Shown: positions 1-9,531 of the stretch, one piece after another
Layout of the letters: the number at the start of each line of letters is the position of its first letter
Position numbering within the stretch: the stretch's first letter is position 1
Assembly (NCBI GenBank): GCA_038243585.1
Contig: JBBSQY010000005.1
Coordinates: 37,401 to 101,400, forward strand
Length of the DNA stretch: 64,000 bases
Source: Candidatus Sumerlaeales bacterium
GTDB taxonomy: Bacteria; Sumerlaeota; Sumerlaeia; Sumerlaeales; Sumerlaeaceae
Direction of reading: 5' to 3'
The notes under the pieces: generated by a model
The model's input: the letters and a program-made list of their open reading frames with translations, nothing else
Databases searched by the model: none
What the model was told of the DNA's origin: nothing
Translations under genes and position numbers: made by a program

Positions 1-189
1 CACTAAGGCCGGCTCCTCTTCCAGAAGTTTGGATATGGCGCGCAAAACTTTAACCGGCGGCGAACCAGGATTAAACACGATTGGTGCGCTTTTTTTGCCC
101 TGCTTTAACTCCCTGACAGCCGCTTTAAAACCGTCCTGTGCCGCGCTTGCCTCGAGAATATCTTCAAGCTCCTGAACTGCTGTTGTCAT
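1..189 (-). CDS. Hypothetical protein, 5' part only (runs off the window)
   Basis: ATG at 189 opens a stop-free frame to position 1 (MTTAVQELEDILEASAAQDGFKAAVRELKQGKK...); not in the ORF track because it is truncated. Confidence 0.55.
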   Translation of the reverse strand, partial: MTTAVQELEDILEASAAQDGFKAAVRELKQGKKSAPIVFNPGSPPVKVLRAISKLLEEEPALV

Positions 190-403
190 TAAATACACCC
201 CGGACTAAAATGGTTCTGTTCTGGCATAAAGACAGGCAAGTTCTTTATTTGGTATCCAATCAGCGAGGCTGGATGCATCTTCATCACAGAACAGTTATTC
301 AAATTTCATCCTCGTTTTACCAGCACGAGCAGTAGCAGTTTTTGACGTCTGTCCCATACGTCGGGGAACGCCGTACATATATAAACATAAGGAGCTCGTA
401 AGA

Positions 404-2098
404 GTGCCTATTTCGAAACTTTTTGTAGAGCAGTTCACCAGGAAATTCTCCACTTTTGCCTTGGCGCTATTAGTTGGTGCCACGTTTGCCCCGCCATCCG
501 TCTACGCTAAAACTCCAACAAAGAAAAGTGCAGCGTCGTCCGAGAAAACCAGCAGCAGAAACAAAGATCCTGATAATACCGAATCTAACGATGATAAACG
601 TGAAGAAGATGAGGGCAAGGACGAGTCACCCGATGCCGTAGAAGAAGATGCTTCTCCGGAAGAGAAAGCCAGAATTGCCGCAGAAGAGGAAGCCGCGGAA
701 GCAAAACGCATTGCTGAGTCCATACTAACCGTTGAGAAGCTTCCGGCTAAGCTAAATGACATACTAAAACCCGCCACCCGCAATGCGGAATGGGGTGTAA
801 AAGTTGTGGTGGCTGAGACAGGGCAGACATTATTTGAGTCTAACGCTGACGAAGGCTATATCCCTGCTTCAAACCGAAAGCTGTTTACCGGTGCCTTAGC
901 ACTTGATCAACTCGGACCAGACTTCAAATTTCGTACATACCTATATAAAACCGGAAACGTCGATGCCCAGGGAACGTTAAATGGTAATCTTGTGATTGTT
1001 CCAAGCGGCGATCCCACTTTTTCTAAGGAGATGTACAAAGCTTCTACCGGTGATTGGGTTTTTCGCGACTGGGCAAAAAAGGTAAAGGAAGCGGGCCTTA
1101 AAAATGTTACGGGAGACCTGCTAATCGACTGTAGCGCCTGGGATATGAATGATCTTAATCCACAAGGATGGGCGACACGAGTCCTGAATGACTCTTACGC
1201 TCCTCAAACAAGCCCCCTGACCATAAACGAAAATATAACAAACATCATTATGTCGCCGGCAAAGAAGGGAGAGCCGGCGTCAATCAGCTTTGCCCCTCCC
1301 GCTACCGGATATCCAGTAAACAATAATACGGTGTCCGGCAAACCGGGTACTCCTATCGCCAAGAGAGTGATTAACACCCATTTAGACCTGCGTGGCGGAA
1401 TAGACTCTAAAAAAACTATCTGGTCGATTCCCATAGATCGGCCCACACTTTATGCTGCAGCAAATTTTCGTCACCATCTGATGGAAAGCCAGATTCCAAT
1501 ACAGGGGTCAGTTCGAATCATTACGACTACAGGCGTATTGCCTGGAGCTAATCAGCAGAACACAATCGCCCTGGTAGAATCGCCGAAGTTGATCGAAATC
1601 ATAGACAGAATGATGAAAAAAAGTGATAATCATATGGCTGAGCAAATTTATGTCGCCATTAGTTCGGCCAAAATGGGTAAAGGGAGCTACACAAACAGTT
1701 GGCGGTTAGAATCAGACCTGCTCACTCGCGCACAGATTAACCCGGCTGGCGTTCGATGCTATGATGGTTCTGGGCTTAGTGAAGCAAACCGTGTAACCCC
1801 TACCGACGTCTGCAAATTATTGTCATTTATGATGCGTCATCCCTATGCTCAACAATACTATGACAGTATGGCCATAAGCGGACGCGACGGAACCCTGCGC
1901 AACCGTATGGGAAGCATTGCAGGTCGCGTCCATGCGAAAACAGGAACGATAAATGGTGTTAAGGCCTTGTCGGGTTATGTCAAGCTCGCTTCTGATAAGA
2001 CTGTTAGCTTTTCCTTTTTAGTTAATCAGATAAAAGGCAGCTCTCCTTCCGGCATACAAGATCGCCTTTGTTCCACCATCGCCGCTCTGGTACTCTGA
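404..2098 (+). CDS. dacB: D-alanyl-D-alanine carboxypeptidase/endopeptidase (peptidase S13, PBP4 type) with an acidic low-complexity N-terminal extension
   Basis: SxxK (PASNRK), SxN (KSDN) and KTG (AKTGT) motifs; GDPTF and DGSGLS; signal peptide; AAGGAG upstream of the GTG. Confidence 0.9.
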   Translation: MPISKLFVEQFTRKFSTFALALLVGATFAPPSVYAKTPTKKSAASSEKTSSRNKDPDNTESNDDKREEDEGKDESPDAVEEDASPEEKARIAAEEEAAEAKRIAESILTVEKLPAKLNDILKPATRNAEWGVKVVVAETGQTLFESNADEGYIPASNRKLFTGALALDQLGPDFKFRTYLYKTGNVDAQGTLNGNLVIVPSGDPTFSKEMYKASTGDWVFRDWAKKVKEAGLKNVTGDLLIDCSAWDMNDLNPQGWATRVLNDSYAPQTSPLTINENITNIIMSPAKKGEPASISFAPPATGYPVNNNTVSGKPGTPIAKRVINTHLDLRGGIDSKKTIWSIPIDRPTLYAAANFRHHLMESQIPIQGSVRIITTTGVLPGANQQNTIALVESPKLIEIIDRMMKKSDNHMAEQIYVAISSAKMGKGSYTNSWRLESDLLTRAQINPAGVRCYDGSGLSEANRVTPTDVCKLLSFMMRHPYAQQYYDSMAISGRDGTLRNRMGSIAGRVHAKTGTINGVKALSGYVKLASDKTVSFSFLVNQIKGSSPSGIQDRLCSTIAALVL

Positions 2099-2109
2099 CC
2101 CCCCTGTCC

Positions 2110-2976
2110 ATGCAAGCTGTGCTTCGCCAAACCGTTATTGTATTAGAAATGATCAAGTTTCAGCACACGGTGTTTGCGCTGCCTTTCGCATTTACTTCTA
2201 TGCTAATAGCCGCCGGCGGTTTGCCGTCATTTCAACGAATCCTTTGGATTATCGCCGCGTGCGTGTTTGCACGTACTGCAGCAATGAGCTTCAACCGCTG
2301 GGCTGACAGGAATTTAGATAAAAACAATCCTCGTACGGCGGACCGCGCTATACCGGCAGGTCAATTGAGCGGACGCTTCGTCCTGTTGTTCGCGATCCTA
2401 TCCGCCGCGGCGTTTGTGTTTAGCGCGGGCATGTTAAACTATCTGGCGCTGGCGCTTTCGCCGTTAGCACTTCTCATTCTGTTTGGTTACTCCTACGCAA
2501 AACGCTTTACCTCCTTTGCCCATTTCATCCTTGGGGCAGCCCTGGCACTAGCGCCGGTCGGCGCATGGGTAGCCGTAAGAACTGAGATTGGATTACCTGC
2601 CGTGTATCTGGGCTTGGGTGTAATGTTGTGGACCACGGGCTTTGACCTGATTTATGCCTGCCAAGACGTGGAGGTTGATAAGCGTGAGGGATTGTTTTCA
2701 GTCCCAAGCCGTTGGGGTACTGCTTCCGCTTTACGTCTGTCGCGGGGGCTCCATGTCGCGGCAATGGGTTTCTTTATTACCGCTGGAATTGCCGCAAACA
2801 TGAGTTGGGGCTACTACACCGGCGCAGCTATCGCGGCTGCCCTACTGGTAGCTGAACATATCGTAGTTGATCCCAATGATATGAGACGTATTAATATCGC
2901 CTTCTTTACAATAAACAGCTGGGTAGGAATGGCCATTCTCGCCGGCGCGGCGTGTGATATTCTGGCTTTGAGCTGA
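2110..2976 (+). CDS. UbiA-family polyprenyltransferase, MqnP-like (futalosine menaquinone pathway type)
   Basis: IKFQHTVFALPFA, NRWAD..LD..NPRT, GFDLIYACQD and IAFFTIN; multiple TM segments. ATG 2110 preferred over the track start. Confidence 0.85.
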   Translation: MQAVLRQTVIVLEMIKFQHTVFALPFAFTSMLIAAGGLPSFQRILWIIAACVFARTAAMSFNRWADRNLDKNNPRTADRAIPAGQLSGRFVLLFAILSAAAFVFSAGMLNYLALALSPLALLILFGYSYAKRFTSFAHFILGAALALAPVGAWVAVRTEIGLPAVYLGLGVMLWTTGFDLIYACQDVEVDKREGLFSVPSRWGTASALRLSRGLHVAAMGFFITAGIAANMSWGYYTGAAIAAALLVAEHIVVDPNDMRRINIAFFTINSWVGMAILAGAACDILALS

Positions 2977-4091
2977 TGCTCATCCAGTCTCTCCAACTTC
3001 GCAATTTTCGCAACCTTCACAATATTGACGTAAATTTTGCGCCAGGCATTAACATCATCCACGGCTTTAACGCGCAAGGTAAAACAAATCTGCTAGAAGC
3101 TATTTATCTACTGGTGACCGGTCGCAGCTTCAGAACCACCAACGATCAGGAAATGATCCCCTGGAACATTCCCGATTATGAAGGTACATTGATCCGCGCC
3201 GTTATTTCTAAAGCAGCCGGGGATGAGCAACTTGCAGTCTTTTTTAACGGGCGCGAAAAACGGGTATTGGTAGATGGCAAATCCGTATCTCGCCTGGCGC
3301 AACTTATCGGGCGCTTGAATGCCGTATTATTTACACCCACAGATCTACTATTAGTACGTGGTGCCCCAGCGTTGCGTCGCCGATTCCTGGACATTGCCAT
3401 CGGACAGACGAGTGCTCAGTATCTCGATGCCCTGCAGACCTACCAACAGGTGCTGAAAAACCGGAACGCATTGCTAAAACAGGCTTCGTTTCGGCAAGTT
3501 GAGGTTAATGTTCAATTGGATGTCTACGATAAGCAGCTTGCCCAAACCGGTTCCGTAATAATGACGGCACGCCACTCAGCGCTGGTTGAACTTGGCAATT
3601 TTGCTACGGCTCATTACACGAAAATTGCTGATGCTAAGGAGACTCTGGAGCTAAAATACGACCCGGACATTCCTAGTGAAGCGCTGGAAAATCAGTCAGA
3701 ACTTCAGGGGAGATTTCAACAGCTGTTACAGCATACCCGATCCGATGACCTGCGGCGCCTTTCCACCTCCAGGGGGCCCCACAGGGATGATTTCCATTTC
3801 ATTATTCAAGATTTTGCGGCACGTCATTTCGCAAGTCAGGGGCAGCAACGCACTGCAGTTCTATCCACGAAAATGGCGGAGATGGATTATCTGCGCACTC
3901 ACACAGGAGAATCGCCTCTCTTGATGCTGGATGATCTAATGAGCGAACTGGACGAAAATCGCAAAGCGGCCCTTCTCGCACACCTTGACTCATCCCTCCA
4001 GATTTTTATAACAACCACTGATCCGGAGACAATCACCCGATATGCACCGGCTCAGAGATTGCTTAAAATGAGTGCAGGGATAATGCTTTGA
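2976..4091 (+). CDS. recF: DNA replication/repair protein RecF
   Basis: NFRN, Walker A GFNAQGKTN, RRRFLD, GPHRDD, SQGQQR and LLMLDDLMSELD; TGATG coupling to the upstream gene. Confidence 0.95.
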   Translation: MLIQSLQLRNFRNLHNIDVNFAPGINIIHGFNAQGKTNLLEAIYLLVTGRSFRTTNDQEMIPWNIPDYEGTLIRAVISKAAGDEQLAVFFNGREKRVLVDGKSVSRLAQLIGRLNAVLFTPTDLLLVRGAPALRRRFLDIAIGQTSAQYLDALQTYQQVLKNRNALLKQASFRQVEVNVQLDVYDKQLAQTGSVIMTARHSALVELGNFATAHYTKIADAKETLELKYDPDIPSEALENQSELQGRFQQLLQHTRSDDLRRLSTSRGPHRDDFHFIIQDFAARHFASQGQQRTAVLSTKMAEMDYLRTHTGESPLLMLDDLMSELDENRKAALLAHLDSSLQIFITTTDPETITRYAPAQRLLKMSAGIML

Positions 4092-4359
4092 TCACCCCGC
4101 ATATTACCGCTTATCTTCAAAATGAGTATCAACGTGCGCTTCATGTATTATACTTAACCTTAGGTCTGAACTTAAAATAAGTTCGCCGTCATTCCGGCCC
4201 TGCGGGGCTGTCGCGTTTGATAATGTGTGCTAGAAAATTAGCTCATTTCAATTATCAGCAAAGTGGTTAGTGGTGTAAACGAAGTCTGTTTAACCAAATA
4301 TGTTGATGCGATATACTCAATCAGGCAGGGCTTTTAGAGAGCCAGGAGGTTATCAAACC

Positions 4360-6822
4360 GTGTACGATAAGACGCCATACACTCCCGGAATGCGGGAAGT
4401 TATAAAACTGAGCAAAGCTGAAGCAGGTCGCCTTGGCCATGATTATATTGGGCCGGAACATTACCTGCTGGGCATCATCCGCAAAGGTGACGGCCTGGCA
4501 GTTCAAACACTCCACAACCTGGAAGTCGACCTTGAGGACCTAAAACTGGAACTGGAACGGATGCTGGAAGTGGGGAAAGGTCCGAATATCAATCTTTTCT
4601 CTCCGAACGCAGAAGCCAAAAAGGTCCTGGAGACAACTAAAGAAATCGCCAGGAACATGAAGCACAATTGGATAGGCACTGAGCACCTTTTACTTGGCCT
4701 TATTAAGGAAGAAACCACTGTCGCCGCCCGCAGCCTTCGCCAGTTTAATGTGGATTTTGCAAAGGCGCAGCGTGAAGTGCTGAACGTGATCGACGGCAGC
4801 AATTCGACCACACCCAAGAGCAAGGATGCGCAGGAAAAGACGAAAACTCCGGCCCTTGATACGTTTGGCCGCGACCTTACCCAACTTGCCCGCGAGGGTA
4901 AACTTGACCCTGTAATTGGCAGGGAGGACGAAATTGAACGTATCTTGCAGATTCTCTGCCGCCGCACAAAAAACAACCCAATCCTCCTTGGCGAACCCGG
5001 CGTCGGAAAAACAGCAATTGTTGAAGGTCTTGCCCAAAAAATCATTTCGGAAGATGTGCCGGATATATTGACCGGCAAGCGTCTCCTCTCCCTAGATCTT
5101 GCGGCCGTAGTAGCAGGCACTAAATACCGAGGGCAATTTGAAGAGCGCTTAAAAGCCATCATGCAGGAAATACGACGCAGCCAGGATGTGCTTATTTTTA
5201 TCGATGAGCTCCACACTTTGGTTGGCGCTGGCGCGGCAGAAGGAGCAATAGACGCCAGCAACATGCTTAAGCCGGCCCTTAGCCGTGGTGAAATCCAGTG
5301 CATCGGTGCAACAACTTTGGAAGAATACCGCAAATATATTGAAAAAGATGGAGCGCTGGAACGTCGTTTCCAGACCATCACGATTGAACCGCCGACCCCG
5401 CAGGAAACTGTTGAAATAATGAAGGGACTTCGCAGCCGGTATGAAACCCATCACGGTGTGATCATTAGTGACGAAGCATTGGAAGCCGCGGTATATCTGA
5501 GCGATAGGTATATCACAGAACGCTTTCTCCCGGATAAAGCTATTGACGTGGTCGATGAAGCCGGCAGCCGCGCCCGCCTTAAAATTAACACGAAGCCTGC
5601 AAACATAAAGGCTCTTGAAAAGAAAATCACGGACCTTGATGAGGAACTGCGGGCGCTGTCAAATCAGCATGAGTTTGAAAAGTGTCAGGAGATTAAAGTT
5701 GAGCGCGATGAGGCCGTTGCGGAGAAAGACAAGCTCGGCAAAGAGTGGCACAACATCAAAAACAACCGCGAAAATACCATAACCATAACTGCCGACGACG
5801 TAGCTGAAATCGTGAGCAAGTGGACCGGCATTCCTGTCTCTAAACTTGAAGAAGCGGAAATGCAGAAACTGCTTAAGATGGAAGAAGAACTTGGGAAACG
5901 CGTCGTCAGCCAGAAAGAAGCAATATCCGCGATCGCCCGCGCAATTCGGCGCGCTCGCGCAGGCTTAAAAGATCCAAACCGCCCAACGGCCTCATTTGTT
6001 TTTCTTGGCCCAACGGGCGTAGGCAAAACGGAGTTAGCGAAATCTCTGGCATCATTTATGTTCGGAAACGAGGACGCCTTAATCCGAATCGACATGAGCG
6101 AATACATGGAGAAGTATTCCGTCAGTCGCCTCCTGGGAGCGCCTCCTGGATATGTTGGATATGAAGAGGGTGGACAGCTGACGGAGAAAGTTCGTCAGCG
6201 GCCTTATTCGGTGGTTCTTCTCGACGAGATAGAAAAAGCGCATCCGGATGTTTTCAGTCTTCTGCTCCAAGTCCTCGATGACGGGCGTCTAACGGACTCA
6301 TGGGGTCACACTGTCGACTTCCGCAATACGGTCATCATCATGACTTCCAATGTTGGAACCCGTAAGATCAAAAAAGGTGGTACCATGGGGTTCCTTGCGG
6401 ACTCTGACATGGAGGATTACGAAGCTATAAAAACAAAAGTAATCGGGGCAATGAAACAGTTGTTTAATCCCGAATTCGTTAACCGCCTTGATGAAGCTAT
6501 TGTATTTAAATCGTTGGAACGAGATGATATTGAAAGCATCGTAGGCATCATGATGGAGCGCGTGAACAAGCGGATAACCGAACGTAACATACACGTCACC
6601 TTATCAGATGCGGCGCGGCTGTTTCTCGTGGATAAAGGATATGATAGCGAATATGGCGCACGGCCAATGCGCCGCACAATCCAGCGATACATCGAAGACC
6701 CCCTGTCGCAACTCATCATCGAAGGGAATTCGCCTGAAGGTGAAATTCTGGCGGAACTGGATGATGACAAGGAAAAACTCCTATTTACTCCTGTTGAAAG
6801 CCTTGCGGACAGCGCTACCTGA
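4360..6822 (+). CDS. clpC: ATP-dependent Clp protease ATP-binding subunit ClpC
   Basis: Two Clp-N repeats, two AAA+ modules (GEPGVGKT, GPTGVGKT), short UVR-like coiled coil, ClpP-docking MGF loop; GTG 4360 follows AGGAGGT (4344-4350). Confidence 0.93.
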   Translation: MYDKTPYTPGMREVIKLSKAEAGRLGHDYIGPEHYLLGIIRKGDGLAVQTLHNLEVDLEDLKLELERMLEVGKGPNINLFSPNAEAKKVLETTKEIARNMKHNWIGTEHLLLGLIKEETTVAARSLRQFNVDFAKAQREVLNVIDGSNSTTPKSKDAQEKTKTPALDTFGRDLTQLAREGKLDPVIGREDEIERILQILCRRTKNNPILLGEPGVGKTAIVEGLAQKIISEDVPDILTGKRLLSLDLAAVVAGTKYRGQFEERLKAIMQEIRRSQDVLIFIDELHTLVGAGAAEGAIDASNMLKPALSRGEIQCIGATTLEEYRKYIEKDGALERRFQTITIEPPTPQETVEIMKGLRSRYETHHGVIISDEALEAAVYLSDRYITERFLPDKAIDVVDEAGSRARLKINTKPANIKALEKKITDLDEELRALSNQHEFEKCQEIKVERDEAVAEKDKLGKEWHNIKNNRENTITITADDVAEIVSKWTGIPVSKLEEAEMQKLLKMEEELGKRVVSQKEAISAIARAIRRARAGLKDPNRPTASFVFLGPTGVGKTELAKSLASFMFGNEDALIRIDMSEYMEKYSVSRLLGAPPGYVGYEEGGQLTEKVRQRPYSVVLLDEIEKAHPDVFSLLLQVLDDGRLTDSWGHTVDFRNTVIIMTSNVGTRKIKKGGTMGFLADSDMEDYEAIKTKVIGAMKQLFNPEFVNRLDEAIVFKSLERDDIESIVGIMMERVNKRITERNIHVTLSDAARLFLVDKGYDSEYGARPMRRTIQRYIEDPLSQLIIEGNSPEGEILAELDDDKEKLLFTPVESLADSAT

Positions 6823-6845
6823 TACACATTTAAACGTACACCATC

Positions 6846-6876
6846 AGCGGTTGCCGGTTCATTACCGGCAACCGCT
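6846..6876 (+). terminator. Stem-loop after clpC
   Basis: Perfect 13-bp inverted repeat AGCGGTTGCCGGT-tcatt-ACCGGCAACCGCT; no strong U-tract. Confidence 0.6.
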
Positions 6877-6976
6877 ATCCTGTTAACCTACGCCACTGCT
6901 TCCGGCTCATGGTTCTTTTGCTGAAAATGAAGTTTACACAATAACGCCTTTTATCTAATAACGGAGAAACCCTGAA

Positions 6977-7792
6977 ATGCCTGCCCATCATGTTAAACTT
7001 TTAACCCTTGTCGCAATTTGCGCTTTTTTGACTTCAGTTTTAAGTGGTCAAACGACAATTTCCTCGGTTCAACTTACTGTACCAATGGCTGAGCCTCCGG
7101 TAATTGATGGCAACGTCACGGCGGAGGAAAAAGGCAGGTCTGTCTCGGCATCTCTTGCGCAGGTGGGGGGGCTCGATAAGCAGGTACTTTATCCAACCGA
7201 AATGTTTGTGTCAGTTACAGTTTCTGGATTATATGTAGGATTTATCTCCGAAGAGCCCACACTGGATTCAATCATCACTAATGCTACCCGTGAGAACGGC
7301 GCCGTTTTTAACGATGACTCTGTACAGGTGTTTCTGACTCCTACCATGGATACGGCCGCCGACGCTTATTACCACTTCGCAATTAACCCGGCCGGGATCA
7401 GGTACAGCAATCATCTAATAACTCGGGAAACCGTGAGTGGCTGGCAGTCGGCGGTAACAAAAGGTGAAAAGAAATGGCAGGCGGAATTTTTTATACCGTT
7501 GGCTTCAATAAACGCCGCGTCCGAACTGCCCATGTGGAGGGCGAACTTTGCTCGAGTACGCCCAAGCCGGGGCAATCAGCCTGAGGAAATAAGCGCTTGG
7601 GTAAACCCCGGCGTATCGCTTCACAATTATAAAAAGTTTGGCTACTTGACAGTTCCCCGATTTATACCTCCTGCTCCCGCGGCACTCTCAACTCAGACCG
7701 CAACACCAGTAGCAATCGTAACCACCACTACAGTTACCGCCCCCGCAGCGCCAAGTAATGTGTCCACAGCAGAAGCAGGTGCGCCACAGTAG
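6977..7792 (+). CDS. Secreted CBM9/DOMON-like carbohydrate-binding protein with a Thr/Pro/Ala-rich tail
   Basis: Signal peptide; PVIDG, DDSVQVF, YHFAINPAG, WQAEFFIP and WRANFAR motifs. Confidence 0.7.
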   Translation: MPAHHVKLLTLVAICAFLTSVLSGQTTISSVQLTVPMAEPPVIDGNVTAEEKGRSVSASLAQVGGLDKQVLYPTEMFVSVTVSGLYVGFISEEPTLDSIITNATRENGAVFNDDSVQVFLTPTMDTAADAYYHFAINPAGIRYSNHLITRETVSGWQSAVTKGEKKWQAEFFIPLASINAASELPMWRANFARVRPSRGNQPEEISAWVNPGVSLHNYKKFGYLTVPRFIPPAPAALSTQTATPVAIVTTTTVTAPAAPSNVSTAEAGAPQ

Positions 7793-7838
7793 TCTCGTCT
7801 CGCAAGGTTTCGATATAAAAGGTTACCCAGCCTGCTAC

Positions 7839-9431
7839 TTATGTGTTCCCGGAACCGTAGTAACGATTTGCAAACCGCTCTGCCGCATCTTGAGCCTGAA
7901 AAACAAGCACTCCAACATCGCCAAACTGTGCTGGATTTTCATTCCAGAAAATTTTTAGCTTCTCCGGTTTTTCGGGCCATAGGTTTTTATCCTCAATCAG
8001 CGCAAATGCCTGACCGTTCAGCACCATTGGTCCCGCTTCGCTACGACCATACTTGTGGATGTAATCATACGACCGCTGAAACCATCCACCGCTTAGATGG
8101 TTAAGACTACCAAGCCCTACCTTGTTAACATTAATATAGGCTATCGTTTTCGCCTGCATTCCATAAGGAATGTAATACGGGCCCGACACGAGCTGATGCT
8201 TCGCAATGGACGCCATTAAAATACCGTAAATTAAAAGCCCTCCTGCAAAGACACTGATAACAATTGGGATAGTATATCTCCTTACCCTATTGCCAAACGA
8301 AGGCAGAAGCAGTGGGAGAAGCCATCCCACAGGCAGAGTCCCCAAGAAATAACTGGCGTTGACCCGCTCCACAAAAAACCCAGCCGTTACGGCCGGTATA
8401 ACTACGCAGGATACTAAAACTACGCTGAACTTTCGCCAGGAATCTGCGGTGGACTGGCTTTTACGTCTAAATATCCAAAAAAAAGCGTACCCGGCAGACA
8501 GCAGCAAAAGACACAACACCGATAAGTCGTAGCACTTTATTACACTAAGTACTGTTCTGCTCAAGTGGTCCTGTATCCCCCAAACTGGTTCGATGCTGGA
8601 GTTGGATAATGACGCAACAACTGAATCCGGAATCCTTACGTACCAAGGAAGCGGGTCGGGCAGTATTGTCTCAAAATCCCGGACATAATCCGCTTTAGGC
8701 GCTGGGTTGTTACTTCGCATCCACCAGTTCACCCCGCTAGGGACCATAGTCGCAAAGATAAGCGCAGCCGGGATAAGTGCAGGCACCAAATACGTCAGTC
8801 TTGTCCTAAATCCAACTAACAAAAAACCTGCAGCCATAAAACAGAGAGGGGCAGCGCTGAAATGTATAGAGATCCCCCATGCCAACACTGCCAGCATGAA
8901 GCCTCCCGCGGCCCTACGTTGGGGCCAAGACCGCTCATCATCCATCGCCGTATCAAGTGCCAGCAACGCCCAGGCGGTAACTGGTGGTAAAAGATGCTGG
9001 GCCCATAGATTTCGCCCACCAAATACCGAGACCGGCAATATAGCAGCCAACACAGCCGGCAACCACAGAAGCGCGTCTGACCGGTATCTTTTGCCTAATA
9101 AAGCGAGAGGGAAAATCATAGTCGATGCTAAAAGTCCATGCCACGCAGTCGCCCAGCGTGGATCTGCCGAAAAGAAAAAAGCCGGCAATAATGACCAAAC
9201 GTACCCCGGCGCATTTTCAAATCCCATGCTGTTGACAATTCCTGTAAAGGGGAAGTCCGCGCGGAACGCGCCCATGGCTCGAAAAGCGACTTCCGCCTGA
9301 TCGTACCGGAACGTCATCAGGTCCAGCCGAACCCACCGCAGCGCAACCGCGCTACAAAACAACAAGCTGGTTATAAACCAGAACGCCCGGTCGTCAGGCA
9401 AAGCGCTTTCTGTCTGATCGTTGTTTAACAT
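7839..9431 (-). CDS. Multi-pass membrane protein, probable GT-C glycosyltransferase (PMT/ArnT-like)
   Basis: LALRW...FRYDQ first loop, many TM helices, soluble C-terminal tail. Confidence 0.6.
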   Translation of the reverse strand: MLNNDQTESALPDDRAFWFITSLLFCSAVALRWVRLDLMTFRYDQAEVAFRAMGAFRADFPFTGIVNSMGFENAPGYVWSLLPAFFFSADPRWATAWHGLLASTMIFPLALLGKRYRSDALLWLPAVLAAILPVSVFGGRNLWAQHLLPPVTAWALLALDTAMDDERSWPQRRAAGGFMLAVLAWGISIHFSAAPLCFMAAGFLLVGFRTRLTYLVPALIPAALIFATMVPSGVNWWMRSNNPAPKADYVRDFETILPDPLPWYVRIPDSVVASLSNSSIEPVWGIQDHLSRTVLSVIKCYDLSVLCLLLLSAGYAFFWIFRRKSQSTADSWRKFSVVLVSCVVIPAVTAGFFVERVNASYFLGTLPVGWLLPLLLPSFGNRVRRYTIPIVISVFAGGLLIYGILMASIAKHQLVSGPYYIPYGMQAKTIAYINVNKVGLGSLNHLSGGWFQRSYDYIHKYGRSEAGPMVLNGQAFALIEDKNLWPEKPEKLKIFWNENPAQFGDVGVLVFQAQDAAERFANRYYGSGNT

Positions 9432-9531
9432 CGATAACTTATCGTCATGGGAAATTTGCGCTTACAAAGTCATTCTGAAGGTATCAGCAATTATAAGCAG
9501 TAAAGTCAATCAAGGAGCCGCCCCAGAACCA

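Noticed and set aside
4168..4184. GAAC-N9-GTTC as a LexA box
   Set aside because: The spacer is 9 nt, not 4; kept only as an unassigned palindrome.
4503..5381. 292-aa antisense ORF inside clpC, and similar shadow ORFs in clpX, lon, thrS, pilB, purL, mnmG and the kinase
   Set aside because: They mirror conserved genes on the opposite strand or frame, have no motifs, and are expected from codon bias.
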